Assembly (NCBI RefSeq): GCF_963676685.1
Contig: NC_092344.1
Location: 38,130,001 to 38,194,000, forward strand
Direction of reading: 5' to 3'
DNA length: 64,000 nucleotides
Source of the DNA: Mytilus edulis
Lineage: Eukaryota
Made by a program: the position numbers and the translations under genes
The notes under the pieces: generated by a model
Told to the model about the DNA's origin: nothing
Databases searched by the model: none
What the model saw: only the letters and a program-made list of their open reading frames with translations
In this document: piece by piece, positions 37,346 through 51,999 of the stretch
How positions within the stretch are numbered: position 1 is the first letter of the stretch
How the letters are laid out: every line of letters starts with the position of its first letter

Positions 37346-38576
37346 TAATTCTATATTCATTGCAACTCTTTTTCTGATAGGAGGTCAATGTGTGCGTGTA
37401 ATAAGTATAGCTGTTTCAATAATTGGCATTCGATATTTTATCCCTAAAGAAGCGTTTTGTACGATGTTTTGCTGACCACATAAACTCTTATGTACGGTGC
37501 AGTTGAGTTGTTGTACACCGTACACAAAAACTTTATTTATATACTCGTTTTATTACTCAAACAGTTTCAAGGAATGAGTAATCACCGGTAGGTTTATGAA
37601 TGGTAACTATTACTGTTGCCCTGTATTAGGTTTCTTTCAGATAAAACATGTAAATGTCTCAACAACTATTATATCGAAATTGAAAGTGGGTGTTGACTTT
37701 CACAACTATTTGCGCATGAACAAGTTAATTGTTCTTATTCGAATATCAAAGTTGTTTTATGAATAGGAAAAAATCGATGCAAAAATTATTTGGGAGCAGG
37801 AATTTCAAATGTTGAGAAATGTACATTGAATATTGAAAAAAGCAAAACAAAGATCTTCGTTACCTTGTAAGGTCAAAATCGATCATGCACTCTTGGTTAG
37901 TACCTATATCCGGTGTACTGATGATACACGGTGAGTATGTTATCTTTCAAGAACTGCTGCATTTCTTTTACTAAGTGAGTATTTATTGTTGCACTTTAAT
38001 GAATGGATAAATCTACTGAAAAAGTAGCCGACGATATACAGACCCATTCTGAAGCAATGCAACATTAAAAAGATCCCTTCAATAAATTACAGCTATTATT
38101 ATTGCCATTCTCTATTTTATGTTTCTTATAGTCGACGTTTTTCATACAGGTCGGCGAAATTCTTTAGATCTGTAAGCATGGTGTTGTTTTCTTCAAATGC
38201 CGTTTTCCAATCAAATATGTACTTCGATGGTTGAATTGTTTCCCCATGTGCTATCTCTTTCAAAATCAGCTTGATATTATTTTTCACTAGGTCTTGCCTT
38301 TATACACTAATGTGTTTCTATAATGTCTAAAAATTCTAACGATCTAAACTAGAATAATCGTCTATAGCTTTTTTTAAAACTTCTTTATCTAAAACAAGTA
38401 CAATGTGATAAAAATCACTTGTCAAATCTGTCGTATTGTTTCATCACCTGGAGCAATACATTGTTCCATAAATGTCTTGGCCAATTTAGAAGGCCGATAG
38501 CCACTAAACTAATATCCATACATCATAATGCAGGATAAACAGTCTACCACTCCATGTTGCCAACATCGTGTCTTAA

Positions 38577-38970
38577 AGAGGGGCGAAAAATACAATAGGG
38601 ACAGTCAAACTCGTAGATCGAAAATAAACTGACAACGCCATAGCTAAAAAATAAAGAGACGAACAGACAATCAAGAGTACACAAGACACAACATCGAAAA
38701 CTAAATACTGATCAACACGAACCCCACCAAAAAACTTGGGGTCATCTCAGATGCTCCGGAATGGTAAGCACATGTGGCACCTGTCGTGTTGCTCATGTTA
38801 TTACAAACCTGTTAAATAGTCTAATTCGGTAGGTCACATTCGTGAAAAGGGCACGAGATTGTAGTTACGACATAAGGAATATATCCGATATCATCTGTTA
38901 AACGGATGTTTCATAACGGTCAACCAACTGGTGATGGCATCCATTAATTTTACAAAGGTATGATTTCAAG
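38577..38970 (-). mobile_element. 3' end of Naiad-type Penelope-like element
   Basis: Same family as 63650-64000, 29340-29545 and 28424-28568; reverse strand encodes the RT tail. Confidence 0.75.
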
Positions 38971-40217
38971 TAAATAATTGTTTCGAATATTAAAGATATA
39001 TGTTAAACGGTCCATGTTTCTTCATCTTCATTATTTTTAATCCTTATAATTCTTCAGCCAAACATTTGTGATATCTAATAAACATTTTTTTTAATGATGG
39101 CTACTATATATATTACCATCAAAAGCACAATGGCAAGTCGTAACTAAGGAGTACGCCGCCATCTTGACTTTCTAAAAACCATAAATGTCAGATAAATACA
39201 ACGGAATCTTAAATAAAATAGCACCTACCTCAAAAACTTCATTTTAATTAAATGTTATTCGAATTTGAAGCGTACACGTAACGAAATAATCTTTCCCTTG
39301 AAAATTTCTATTCGTATGACGTCGTGTTTTGCCATGACGTAAATTCGCCAAATCCTTCATGAAATTTCGCGGAATTTTATTAAATTAAATTTATACATTT
39401 TCGAAAATTAGTGAATTAAATTTATTTCTTTTTTTTTTGGTTATATATGCACTAGAATAGTCACAACTGTTATGCAATTGTTTTTAAATCTCAAATTGCT
39501 GAAAATCCTGGGATCACTGCAAGCTTGTGTATCGCGCATGAATAGATTACAAAAGTAGTTTCGGAAACATGGTTTATCAAAGTGTAAACTTAGAGAAAAA
39601 TTCTAATTGACCAATCCAATTCAAGTATTTATAGATATGCAAATCATATAAGAATTATAACATCATAAGATCTAACATCTTTCTGTCCTACATTCATGTT
39701 AAACACGATATAACAGAAGATGCACGGTTTAAATTACAAATACAACTTTTCGCACTGCCAACGACAAAATAATTAAAATTCGCCTGTGTGACATTGCCAC
39801 GGAATTAGGTAAAGGCTGTGACAATAATTAGTGTGAGTCTCTCTCCAGACATGTTGCACGATTTGTGTCAATTTATATATTACTTGATAATATCCATCAG
39901 ATATTAAGTCTAAAATAACCATATCTTCAATTGTATTTATACCAAATCGACACATTAACACAACTCATATACTACCACCGACAAGATTATTTTACTTTTA
40001 CCTGAGTGACTTAATTGCGAAAATAATGTCCACAATGGTCAATTATATACTTTTAATATATATATTATATTATTGGCTATATACCCGTAGGGGGAGAATT
40101 TGAAATAAGGTTAATAAAGGACCTTATACGGTTGGAAAGACTGTGTTTCGTTCTACGACGTTTTACAATTTGAGATTAACGTAATAAATGTCAGTTGAAT
40201 AGAGTTATTCCGTTAAA

Positions 40218-40983
40218 ACAGTGTTTGAAAGAAAGAGACGCTGGAAATTTGAGGATCAGTATATAAGACACTGTTTTAAAGAAAGGACACGAGAAAATTT
40301 CAGAATCAGTATATAAGACACTGTTTTAAAGAAAGAGACGGGGAAATTTGAGGTTCAGTATTAAGACACTGTTCTAAGAAAGAGACGAGGAAGTTTGAGG
40401 ATCAGTATACAAGACACTGTTTTAAACAAACACACAGGGAATTTAAGGATCAGACTGAGTATAGAAGACACTGTTTTAAACAAACACACGGGTAATTTAA
40501 GAATCAGTATATAAGACACTGTTTTAAATAAATTCACGGGGAATTTAAGGATCAGTATATAAGACACTGTGTTAAACAAACACACGGGGAATTTAAGGAT
40601 CAGTATATAGGACACTGTTTTAAACAAACACACGGGGAATTTAAGGATCAGTATATAAGACACTGTTTTAAACAAACACACGGGGAATTTAAGGATCAGT
40701 ATATAAGACACTGTTTTAAACAAACACACGGGGAATTTCAGGATCAGTATACAATACACTGTTTTAAACAAACACACGGGGAATTTAAGTTTCAGCATAA
40801 AAGACACTGTTTTAAACAAACACACGGGGAATTTAAGTTTCAGTATATAAGACACTGTTTTAAACAAACACACGGGGAATTTAAGTTTCAGTATAATATA
40901 CACTGTTTTAATGAAACACAGGGAAATTTTGAAGACCAGTACATAAGAAACTGTTTTAAAGAAAGAGACGGGGAAATTTAGAT
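40218..40983. repeat. 48-bp minisatellite, about 16 copies
   Basis: Unit GACACTGTTTTAAACAAACACACGGGGAATTTAAGGATCAGTATATAA; homogeneous centre, diverged edges. Confidence 0.95.
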
Positions 40984-41247
40984 GAAACAACATCTTTCAA
41001 TCCAAAAGCTATGGGATTCTAGAACAGAAACCAAATAGAGATTACAATTTTTGTCCTCTTTATAAAATAAAGTTATAAATAAATTGTATATCATTCAAAA
41101 TTCCGAGTACTGAGACTATGTCTAAACCAGGTTTAAACCACCAATTTTTCCTCAAGGCAGCAATATGGTAGTAGTTTGTTATTTGTTCCGATGACTTGAT
41201 AAAGTTCGATTTCGTCAGTTATACCCCCCCCCCCCCCCCCCCCCCCC

Positions 41248-41531
41248 CCCCAAGGGTGACTGGGGAATAGAAATATGGTTACTTGGTCTTCTTCCGACCG
41301 GCAATAAAACGCTTGCCAAAGTGGGGCGTTTGGCTGTGCAGAATGTATCAAGTTTGCAGCCACGTCCGGCCAGAATGAGGACGTTAAATCCAATGACTCG
41401 TGTAAAGAGAGTGCCACGCTCTTTGCTCGTTAAGAACTCTTGCAACAACTCGTAGAGGGGTCCGTAGGTGGACTGTTGCAAGGCAAAATTTCTGTCCCTA
41501 TCCAATATACCCTCATTTTTCTAGTGGCAGT
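41248..41531 (+). mobile_element. Nin/Deu-domain SINE, 3'-truncated, preceded by a C27 run
   Basis: GGACGTTAAATCC...CGTTAAGAAC core; inverse of the copies at 55.4, 56.8 and 58.4 kb; head fragment also at 45245-45335. Confidence 0.7.
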
Positions 41532-44130
41532 CACCTAATTTGATGAGTTAAAGAAGTATGTAGATTTGACCTTTAATAAATTATTAGAGAGGACAAAATT
41601 TTTATTCAATTTTATGATCAGAATTCTGGGATTGTTTCACGAGGAGAGATATTTTTCACCATCTTTCGGGGTCCGGCAATTTGAGAAAAAAGTGATCTCA
41701 CTTAATTGCCACCCTGACAATTTAACTAGACATGTATAAATGTCTAAGCTGCGATATGAGCCATCATACATATTCAATTACGATATGGACTGAGCAATAG
41801 AGAAAAATGTACCATTACCGCCTATGCAGAATTAATTAAGAATCTTAACCCAAATTGTGAACTTTAATTTCAAAGGTGATGGAGTATTTCAGGGTTTAGC
41901 GATCACAATTTAGGATGATAGCTGCTGAAATCAAGGTCAGTTTCACTCTTTTAGTGCTATTCAATAAAAAAACAATACAAAATGGCTTCCAATACTTTTG
42001 ATTTTTATCAAAAATATACAAATTTTTTGCTTATAAATAGTGAGGGGGCAGAAAATGGGACATGTGTTATTTTGACTGGGGCTACTCAGAGGAGAAGTAA
42101 TGATATATTAGGAATGATCAATGTTACATACCCAAATGGATAAAAAAACAAAATTAATGTTGCACGTTTAGCAAACATTTTGCAGTTGGAATTATCAGGA
42201 ACAATATAATTTTCAGTATGGTTATAATCAAAATGTTTTAAAGAATTAGAAATAGATAGTGTCCATGCGCATGTTTTCCATTCATTCATTGTGAGAATTT
42301 TGAAATACTGATACAAATCTTTATTCTTTCAGTATTGTAAGACACGAATAGTTATACCGAATATGTTCATGTCTGTATGTATCGGTTTTATATCGACACT
42401 CACCTTTCTGTAATTCAGTCACAACAATTACAGTATTTGATTGAGAAAAACGTCTGTGTACTGTATAATAATTGTTCATATAACTTTACATAAGTTCTAT
42501 ATTATTTTTAATATTTTGACATCTGCACCATTTGTATATTACATTAGAAAAGTTAGTAGATACTATACACAGCATGTATTCTCAAGTGTCGAAGTCTTGT
42601 AGACCCAAAAAAGAAGAGCAGAAGTTTAATGAGTAAGTTAAAAACTTAAAAATCGTTTTATGCATTTTACCTGAAAGCTTTACCATAGACATGTACACTA
42701 CATCTACTGGCAACTTATCATTACGGGAGTTACCGAGTTCTCACAATCACGCGTTTGCTTGCGATTTCTTGAGACTAGTGAATCTGCCATATTGTTTATA
42801 TACACACAGCTATATTGTACAGAAAACAACTGATTTTATGTTCTATCTTTAGCCATGTAGGCCATAATGAATTGCATGTAGGGTCATTGAACACATTTTC
42901 AAAATCAAATACTCCAATGATCATTTTGGCCTAGTAGTTTTCCAGGAGATGTATCTTTGTAAAAGTTTACATACGACGAACGCCAAGTGGTGGCAAAACC
43001 TCAGTCAGATCACCTAGATATTCACGTCAAAAGAATGCAACAAGAACCAACCGATTTATTGTGATGTAAACCAGTATTGTATACACACATGAAATTGTTC
43101 ACATTAATTATCATTCACTCATAAAAACTTAACGGGATTGACAGTATTGTTTCTGTCGTATTTTTATTACAGTGTATCTTCGTCAAAAATATAAAATCCT
43201 AGGTAAAAAGTTACAATTCTTAAACTTTAGTGTTATTCACTTTCAAAATTTCTTTTCATACAAAGTAAAATCACAAACATACTGAACTTAGAGGAAAATC
43301 AATTCGGAAAGTCCATAATCACATGGCAAAATCAAATAACAATACGCATCAAAAACGAATGGACAAGAACTGTCATATTCCTGACTTGGTACAGGCATTT
43401 TCAAATGTAGACAAATTATATATTCATATATAAGACCCCTGGTGATGGAAGGGAACCCAGTAAGATAATGGACATTATTATTAATAAATTTTGTAAAACT
43501 TAAAGAATATTGAATTTCGACATTTTTACAAATCTCAATTTTATCCATATACACGTACCTGAATATGTGACTAAAACCTTATTCAAACAATGGATTTTGT
43601 TTCATTAGTACCCCAGTTTTTGTTTGGCAGCGTTTTTTTTCTTCTTCTTGGTCTACATTGTTCTTTGCTTGTTGCGCCTTTCGGTGGACTCTGAATTTGC
43701 TGCATCAGCATAGCACAAACATTCTTTGGAAATACTGCAAAACCTACATCTTGAATATAATTTTGAAACCTTGTTAAACTTAAAGATCTACACCTACGAG
43801 AAGCCAAAACTTTCTAGAATAAAATTTTTTTCTTGACCTGATTTTTGGGTATATATGACTAAAACATATATTAATTTGGCGAAGAAAAAAATCAGTGGTG
43901 GTGCATTTTTCCTTTTTTTATGCTGCGGCCATTTGAAAGTACCCAATTCTGATGAAATTCCCATTTTTCTTAATGTTTTTTTACCCATTTGTTGGGGCTA
44001 TTATTGAAAAAAATAACAGTTTAACAATTAAACTTTCTTCATACTTTCAAGAAAGATAAAGTGGACCAAACTGAATAAATTTTAACTTAAAAAAAACTAT
44101 AGGTAAGTGTTAATATTAGAAAGTTTTATA

Positions 44131-44870
44131 AAAAGTAAAATCACAAATTAAGATACTGAACTCCAAGGAAAATTCAAAAAGGAAAGTCCCCAATCAAATG
44201 GCAAAATCAAAAGTTCAAACACATCAAACGAATGGATAACAACTGTCATATTCCTGACTTGGTACAGGCATTTTCTTATGTAGAAAATGGTGAATTGAAC
44301 CTAGTTTTAAAGATAGCTAAACCTCTCACTTATATGACAGTCGCATCAAAGTCCATTATATTTACAACGATGTGTGAACAAAACATCAAAAACAATAGGT
44401 AAAAATGTCACAAATAGGGGTAAATAGTCTAATTCGGTAGGTCACATTCGTGAAAAGGGAACGGGATTGTAGTTACGACTTAAGGAACATATTCGATATC
44501 ATCTGTGAAACGGATATTCCATAACGATCAACCAACTCGTGATGGCGTCCGTAAAATTTACAAAGTGATGATTTCAGCTTCACCATTTGGAACTCTTGAT
44601 TTAAAAATGAAAATTCACACAATTTGGAAGCTGAAATTATCTCTTTTGTCGTAAAGTTTTGTTTTCAACCGACCCTCATAGTCAATTTCTAAATATAAGT
44701 CACAATCAAATGGCAAAAGCTCAAACACATCAAAAGAATGGATAACAACTGTCATATTCCTGACTTGGTACAGGCATTTTCTTATGTAGAAAATGGTGGA
44801 TTGAACCTGGTTTTATAGCTAGCTAAACCTCTCACTTGTATGACAGTCGCATCAAATTCCATTATATTGT
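44131..44870 (-). mobile_element. Naiad-type PLE 3' fragment flanked by partial direct repeats
   Basis: Reverse strand encodes LEIDYEGRLKTKLYDKRD and FYGRHHELVDRY; 44190-44360 is repeated at 44700-44870; related fragments at 24620, 26330, 31663 and 43261. Confidence 0.75.
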
Positions 44871-45799
44871 TACTTTTTCTTGCTAAATACCAGGCTGTCA
44901 ATTTTGTAAATTTGAAATTTATCTTTTTTTTTTGTTGGAACAAAATGCTTTTAATTTCAACAACACATGATAAGGTACGAGATGTATATGTTTCTGGTAA
45001 AAATATTGCTTGTACTCGATACTTATTTTCTGTACATGAAACCAATGTAACATGCATTATTTACGCACTCATTGACTGCTTGTGCGAACGCTATTCTGTA
45101 TTTACGTATCCTTTTGTTCGGTACTTTTGACATTCTTAATTGTGTGGTGTTCTAATTTGAATGTAGTTATGAATAATAATAAATATTTAGGAATATTCTC
45201 AATTCTTGAATTAAGTGTTATAATGAAATATTAAAATTTAGTGTCCCCAAAGGTGACTGGGGAATAGAAATATGGTCACTACAGGTCTTCTTCCGACCAA
45301 CAGTTAAACCCTTGCCAAAGTGGGCGTCCGTTTGGCCTCCCCTGTTTCTTAATTAAGTAAAATTTGTAAAAACACTTAGGCTATTATCACCTTTAAGACA
45401 TCGTCAGTTGCATGTATAAACGATGTTATTGCAAGGTCCTATAGTTCTTTTAACACGGACTTTAGTATACTCTCCAAAATTTCGATAAGTATGGGAATTT
45501 TTCTGTGTAACATTGTCCAAAGTACAGGTTCTTTTTTTAGATTGATTCAGCAATGCTTGGACATCTCTATAAGGTTTAAGTAAAACACACATTAGGGCAT
45601 TAGAGAAGCTTCTGAAAGATTGGAAATAAAAATATATATTTATTTGTTAATATTTTATACAGAGGTTTTGAAGTTTTCTCTTATCTCTGAAAACAGCCTC
45701 TTTTTTCCAAGTCCTCTAATGGTTTCATTTCAACATGTCGGATTACTTACCCAGCACTGGCATTTTGTGGCTATGATTGCTCGAGATCAATTATTGCCA

Positions 45800-47290
45800 A
45801 TTTAACTGTCATCAGATTTGAATATTGCGGTAACATATTTGACAAAAAATGCTGGCGACATATCACCAAATTCAAATTCTCTCTCGATTACCATGTCATA
45901 TGCATAATTTCAGATAGCCTGTTCTGTTTCACGCTATAACCATTTGTCTTTGCTCAGATAAGGACAAAAACTTTCTTAAAATGTTCTCATCAACAAATAG
46001 AAATGGTTGGTCTTCTCGTACACCTCTTCTAACACATTGAATTTCATGACCACCAAAAGAAGCATTTTGTATTTCTTGTCGTAACTCCTCTGCAACAGCT
46101 TCCATGTTTGTAACATGCTGTTGTGGTCCAGTTTCTGGCTCTTTAAAAATACGTGAAGATTTGATGATCCCCTGTCTCTCTGCATGAACAATTTCAACAA
46201 AGTTCCTTTTGCTGTAATATTCAGCATTTGAAGTTCGCTGAAATCTTGCAAGCAATATTATCACTAAAGGACTGCTGGTACATTCAGTAGGTTCATTATC
46301 AACAATAAAATCAGAGCATGAGCAGTTAGTCGTCTTGAGCAGATTTTTTGCTTCTTTCTTTCTTTAGTTTTTTCTTTAATGTTTCTTTGAACGAATCAAG
46401 AGAGTCTGTTGTAAATTTTATTTTTGCATTTATGCGAGGGCTAGATACACTCAACTAGTCATTAATACACATTTTTGTTTTTGGTTTCTGTTCATTTATC
46501 GTCGCCTCAATAGATGCAGCTCTTATGCTAGGGTTATTTGGCATAGCGTTTACACATGTAGATAACTTAAGCTTATGACGTGATTTCGCTGTTCGGAAAG
46601 CATTTGATGTTGAGATTTCCTCTACTGGTATTAATTCCATAATTGTAACTGTAGTAGCAGAAAATTAATTTTTGTTGTCTTATTTCCTTATTTCTTGCTG
46701 TCCTTCGTTTTGCATTAATGGATATTCCTTTCTGTGAGCTTATGCTTAGTCTTTGTTTTCGCTTTTCTTCTCTCCATTTTTTCTTTTGATTTCTTCAGTA
46801 GGTCTTGTTTGAGGCTTCTTACTCTTATGATCTGTTGTAGAATTTTCCATCTGTTTCTATCGATACTTCTGTTGTCGGATTCTTGGTCCCTGTTCCGTCT
46901 GACTGCTTTTTTTCTCGATGCTCGGCAATGCGTGATGTTTCAATTCTTTTGTGTAGGCAATACAGCTCTATGACTTCATTTTGCGACAAGGTGTTTAAAT
47001 GACTTAAATATGCAACAAGGCATGTAGAGTGGTAGCAACCAGCATTATCACCTTTCAGGCAAACCTCGCGAAGACCAACATCAATACTAGAAAAGTGTTT
47101 CAATAAGTGTGTAATAATGTGTGCTACAGAAAACCATACATGTATACTGAGTTGAATGATGTTAATATATGTATTTGCGTCATATTTGTTCTCATTATTT
47201 TCAGTATTTCTTGTTGAAGTGATACATGCCAACTGATTCCTTTTTTTCTAATCCAAAAAAAATCGTTTTCAGCTTATCGATGTATCAAAG
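45800..47290 (-). pseudogene. Decayed large ORF with GISWH and DNAGCYH motifs (invertebrate DDE-like transposase, superfamily uncertain)
   Basis: KKGISWHVS near 47240; WFSVAHI...LKGDNAGCYH (ORF 46825-47232); downstream charged fragments (45929-46264). Confidence 0.55.
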
Positions 47291-47511
47291 GTACAGATGG
47301 TTTCCAGACAACCACCTGTGTCTGTGAAGTGTTCAATAGCCATATGTATAGTATAGAGGACAATTTAGGCTGCTTGTAAAAGATTATCTTCTGTTGATAT
47401 TATGTAAATAAACAATATTTACAATAACATTTAATGTAAAGAAAGAGTGCGCTGAGAAACTTGTTGAGGTGTAATATAATAATTCTAAGAAAATCTCCAA
47501 TATTAATTATA

Positions 47512-48097
47512 TAAAGGAGTAGGTTCAGTAAGACCCCTTTTTGGCCCCAAAATATAGCAGTTTTACAAAATTGTTAAAATGTAAACTTTTAGTTATTTAT
47601 TTTACAGTAGAATGCTGCTGCTTCATAAATATAGGCTGTTTTTGACAATGCAATGCACATATATCGGGTATTAGCACCATTTAGACATACTAAATTACTG
47701 AAATCTTCACAATTCTAGCATTTTAGTTAAATTTTAGACGGTTTTCGTGTGAAACGAAAGTGGCCGCATTCGTGTTCATCCTTAATATTAAAATGTAAGT
47801 TGTATTTTATGATAATACATAACATATATAAAGATTGAGGATGAACACGGATGCGGCCACTTTCATTTTTGACAAAAACCATCTGAAAAGTGACATTTTT
47901 CGGCATATTTGGTAGATTTTTCATATTTGAGCTTGAATCGGGTCGTTTTTACTGACTAAATCAGTTAAAATCTTTCACATAAGCTAATTAATTTAAATGA
48001 AATAGACACTTAAGTGTTTAAAATGTGGTCAAAATCTTTCGTCAAATGAACCTGAAATTTGAGGACAAAATCGGTCCTTACCGGACCTACTCCTTTA
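47512..48097. mobile_element. MITE with TIRs and an internal 27-bp inverted repeat
   Basis: TAAAGGAGTAGGTTCAGTAAG / CTTACCGGACCTACTCCTTTA; internal IR 47757-47783 / 47837-47863. Confidence 0.85.
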
Positions 48098-51000
48098 GAC
48101 TGTGGATTTATTTGTTTTTGAATGTTTCCTTTTTTTTTGTGCTTGGAAAATAAAGTGTTGACACAGATATAAGTCTGAATTGTTTGAATTTTGAAGGTAT
48201 AAATTAATTAAAAAGTAGGAAACTGTTTCCCGTGTATTTTTAAACCAACAGCTGAATTGTTTTGTAAATAAATGCTAAAATTTTAAATTGCCATATAGAA
48301 TTAAATCAAACGTATTAAACTGTGATTTTTGTTCAAAGATGTTTTCTTTCGCTCTTCAAACATAAATTTCTACTAAGTTACATTTGCTGACATTTACATC
48401 AATCAATCATATGTTTTGTATATTAATTTCTTTTTTTGTTCGAAAAAGAATAACGCTTTAAGATATCCAGAAAAAGTCATTGTCAATAATTTGTATGATC
48501 AAATCGTTATTTCTCGAACTAATCATACTCACATTGGTAATAGGTGACACCTTTTTGTGCATTTAAATGGTGTTGCAACTGGAATAGGTAATCCCGAAAT
48601 CACTTGTTTTAGTGATATCTACGATTTGTATACCTACGGATGTATGTCAGCTATGGGAATTTTTGTCAGATGTTTGCACTCCTTGTATTTTCGTTATTGT
48701 GATGATACAAGGAAAAATTTGTACCAGAACACCTGTTTTTCTTTTTATATAAGACTTTAAAAGCTCATAAAAGATCATTTATCAAAATTTAAGTAGTTTC
48801 TAGATTTCTGTTCCCAAGTAATACCAATGCAAATTTAATGTAAAAGTCCGAGTCAGCCTTTTCCTAATATTTTTTCCGTAATCAAAGCACTTACAGTATC
48901 AATTTTAAATTCTTGATATGTTTAATTTCATTTTAATTTCTTGTGTTTGTGTTTTAAGTTTTAAGTGTGTGGCACTTACTCTTGCTGATGAATAAGGTAA
49001 TCCACCATATGTCAAACGATGGTTAAACAACTCAAAATTTTCATAGGACAAATGATTTTATTATCTATCAGATTGTATCGACAGCTTAAACCATCACAGT
49101 AGAAACAAATAGTCATGAACATGTGGAATATTGTTATGATTACAGGTCAGTTTAACCACAGTGAGTGGTTTAAAATGGTAAACTTTTACGATACCTTCTT
49201 GTTTACGTTAACCACATTGATTGGTTATCTTTAACCACAATTATTGGTTTGTCAATTTGCATTTTTTGATTGAGTTAAGCCTTCCAATTGATATTTTATA
49301 GTATGTGTTTTTCTATGTTGGGACGTTATACTATTGTTTCAGAGAAGGTTTGGTACCATTAAAACGTTTAATCCCGCTGCAAATGTTTGCACCTGTCCTA
49401 AGTCAGAAATCTGATGTACAGTAGTTTTTATGTAGTTCATACGTGTTTCTCGTTTTTATGTAGATTAGATCGTTGGTTTTCCCGTTTAAGAAATGGCGCA
49501 AATCTGTATCCGAATATATGGTTATCACAAAACATCAACTGTTTTTGTATTCTGAATAGAAATGTTAATGTTATTAAAGGGAAAGAAGCATACCAGAACT
49601 GGCAGAACAAGAGGAGAAACTCGGAAACTTAAACGTAAGTATTTCTTTATATTTGACTAGTTTTGCTAGACTAAATTTGTATGCAAATATGTAAACAAAT
49701 CATATATATATGGTAAGATTTCATATAACGAGTACCATAGCTAGTATACGTGTTCAAACTGCTCAATAGCTGATTGTCTATAATTTGCATGCATATATTC
49801 TGTCGTTTTTTTCATTTTCAAATATCATTTTCCCATGTCATTTGTCATTAAATGGAGACCGTAAGACAAACGGCATAATATTGAATATGCTTTATATTTA
49901 ATATACAATAAGTGGATGATTATCTCGGGGCACATGCTATATACAAGGTGATAGAACGTGCCGATGGAATAGGTCACATTTTTCATCATCTTGAAAATAT
50001 GAGAATAGGGAGGGATCAGAAGTATATAATAATTAAGGTATATTTTTTGCTACTTCTTCGTCTGCAATCTTTCTTGGAGTAACATTCATTTCACCTATTT
50101 TGACACTTTGGTATTCCTACACAACAACAAAAAACTTTTTTAAAATTTGAATTATTTGAAATGTGAGGGTAATTGTCAAAAAGCGTTAAATGACGAAAAG
50201 GACTAACAATTAAGTAAACTGTAACCGGGACTAAAACCACTCAGACATTTGTAGATTGTGCGATACCAGCCCATCAAAAGTCGATAATTGATTTTAATTG
50301 CATGTTCAACATATTGTAACGTGTCCGCCTCGTGTGAATTCTGCAACTTTCAAAATGTAATGGACTCGGAAGAAGAACCTCTTGTGTGTATGCTACTCTT
50401 TTATATAGCGGGGAGGAGTGTAACTGAGTTACAGGACTGGATCCCTGAACACTGTTTTACCTTCGGGCAGTGCTCAACGGACTCGGTTCCGATGTTGATA
50501 CATTTTGGCTAAAATTAGCAATACCAATTGAAGTTAATTATTGAATTTATGAGACAAATATTTTATGATGTTATAAGATATAATGTTATTAACTTCAACA
50601 AATGTTACTGATTACTTAATGTTTTAATAGTCACCAAGATTAAGCAAGCAAATCGTAGGGATGTTCCTGGTCAAACAATACAAATAAAATCAATACTTAG
50701 CAATATAATAAAAATGACTAGCTTTGACCTATTATATCCTAACTTAGAAAATCGGCGGAATTACAATAACGTATGATGTGTTCCTAAACTATGTAATAAT
50801 CGAACGCGTATAGAGAAACAATAGAGACCTTTTCTATAGATCTGTATAGCTATTTGCTATTGGATACCTAAATTCCACGTTTCGTACCTTTTCGTATAGA
50901 ATTCGGATTAGAAAGTATAAACTTTTATACCTAAAATATGTATGGAATTATTGTGTGAATATTCCGGAAGATCACGTAGACCGTTAATAGTTCTTTAAAA

Positions 51001-51999
51001 CCGAATAGTGTCTTTTATTGTATAATTAAATTAAAGACTCTGGTAACGAGTCGTTAAGTATATTACGTCAACAGAAATTGAGTCAGAATATTGAATTTAA
51101 TGACTTGAAAAAGCTTTTTAAATAAGCTAACCTTGAAATGTATCACGTTGTTTTTATAATGGAAAAGGTCAGAAAGACTCCCAAAGTTGCTTTATTATAG
51201 CAGTTTGAAAGTTTGCCTTTGGCTAGATGTTGCCTTATGCGCAGTTGAACCACAACTGAAACAATGCAATACGCACGCTCTTTTATACCTAAATGTCGAC
51301 TAGAAAATGACGTTTCGACTCTAAAAGACTCGAAACGTTACGTCCTTGACACGTTTAACGACAATCGATACTTGCTTTACGGCAATTGTACTGGAATAAC
51401 AAAGTTGACCTTTCAATGTAAACAATCGTACAAAATTGATTGACCAGGTATCCCTACGAAGCAATGATAAAAGTGCATGATATGGAAATAATGTTACATG
51501 TAAAATCATCTTAACAATGAAGTTTCAAATCACGGAAATAATCAGAAAGATACAAAACAGGTAAGTGCATGCTTTAACTTTTACGTTGCATTTGACGTCC
51601 AGAATTACTTGAAGGTTATCTGTTTTTAAACAGTTTTTATGCATATGATTTTATATATATGAATATTATTAAAAAGAAAACTTGGTGACTAAAACTGAAC
51701 ATGACCTGTTAAAGAACGGTAGGGTTAAGAAAAGGGGGGAACAGCGCAAACGCTAAAACGTTACATTGCCCCTTTCCGGACAGGGAATGATCCAACATGA
51801 TAAATTTAAACACAATAAAACATGATATAAGTACATATGTCAAATATAAAATACAACTAACAATAATAATTTTCAAATGTCCATTCTATAATCTGAAATC
51901 CGGAATGTCTCTACTTCATCTCTGGTTAAAATTCCCCCCCCCCCCCCAAAAAAAAAAAAACCCCAATGTCTATCTTCCAGTTACATTAACTCGAACATA

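Noticed and set aside
40361-40993. 210-aa ORF with a 16-aa repeat
   Set aside because: By-product of the 48-bp minisatellite lacking stops in one frame.
41133-41505. ORFs with poly-Gly
   Set aside because: Antisense SINE sequence plus the C27 homopolymer.
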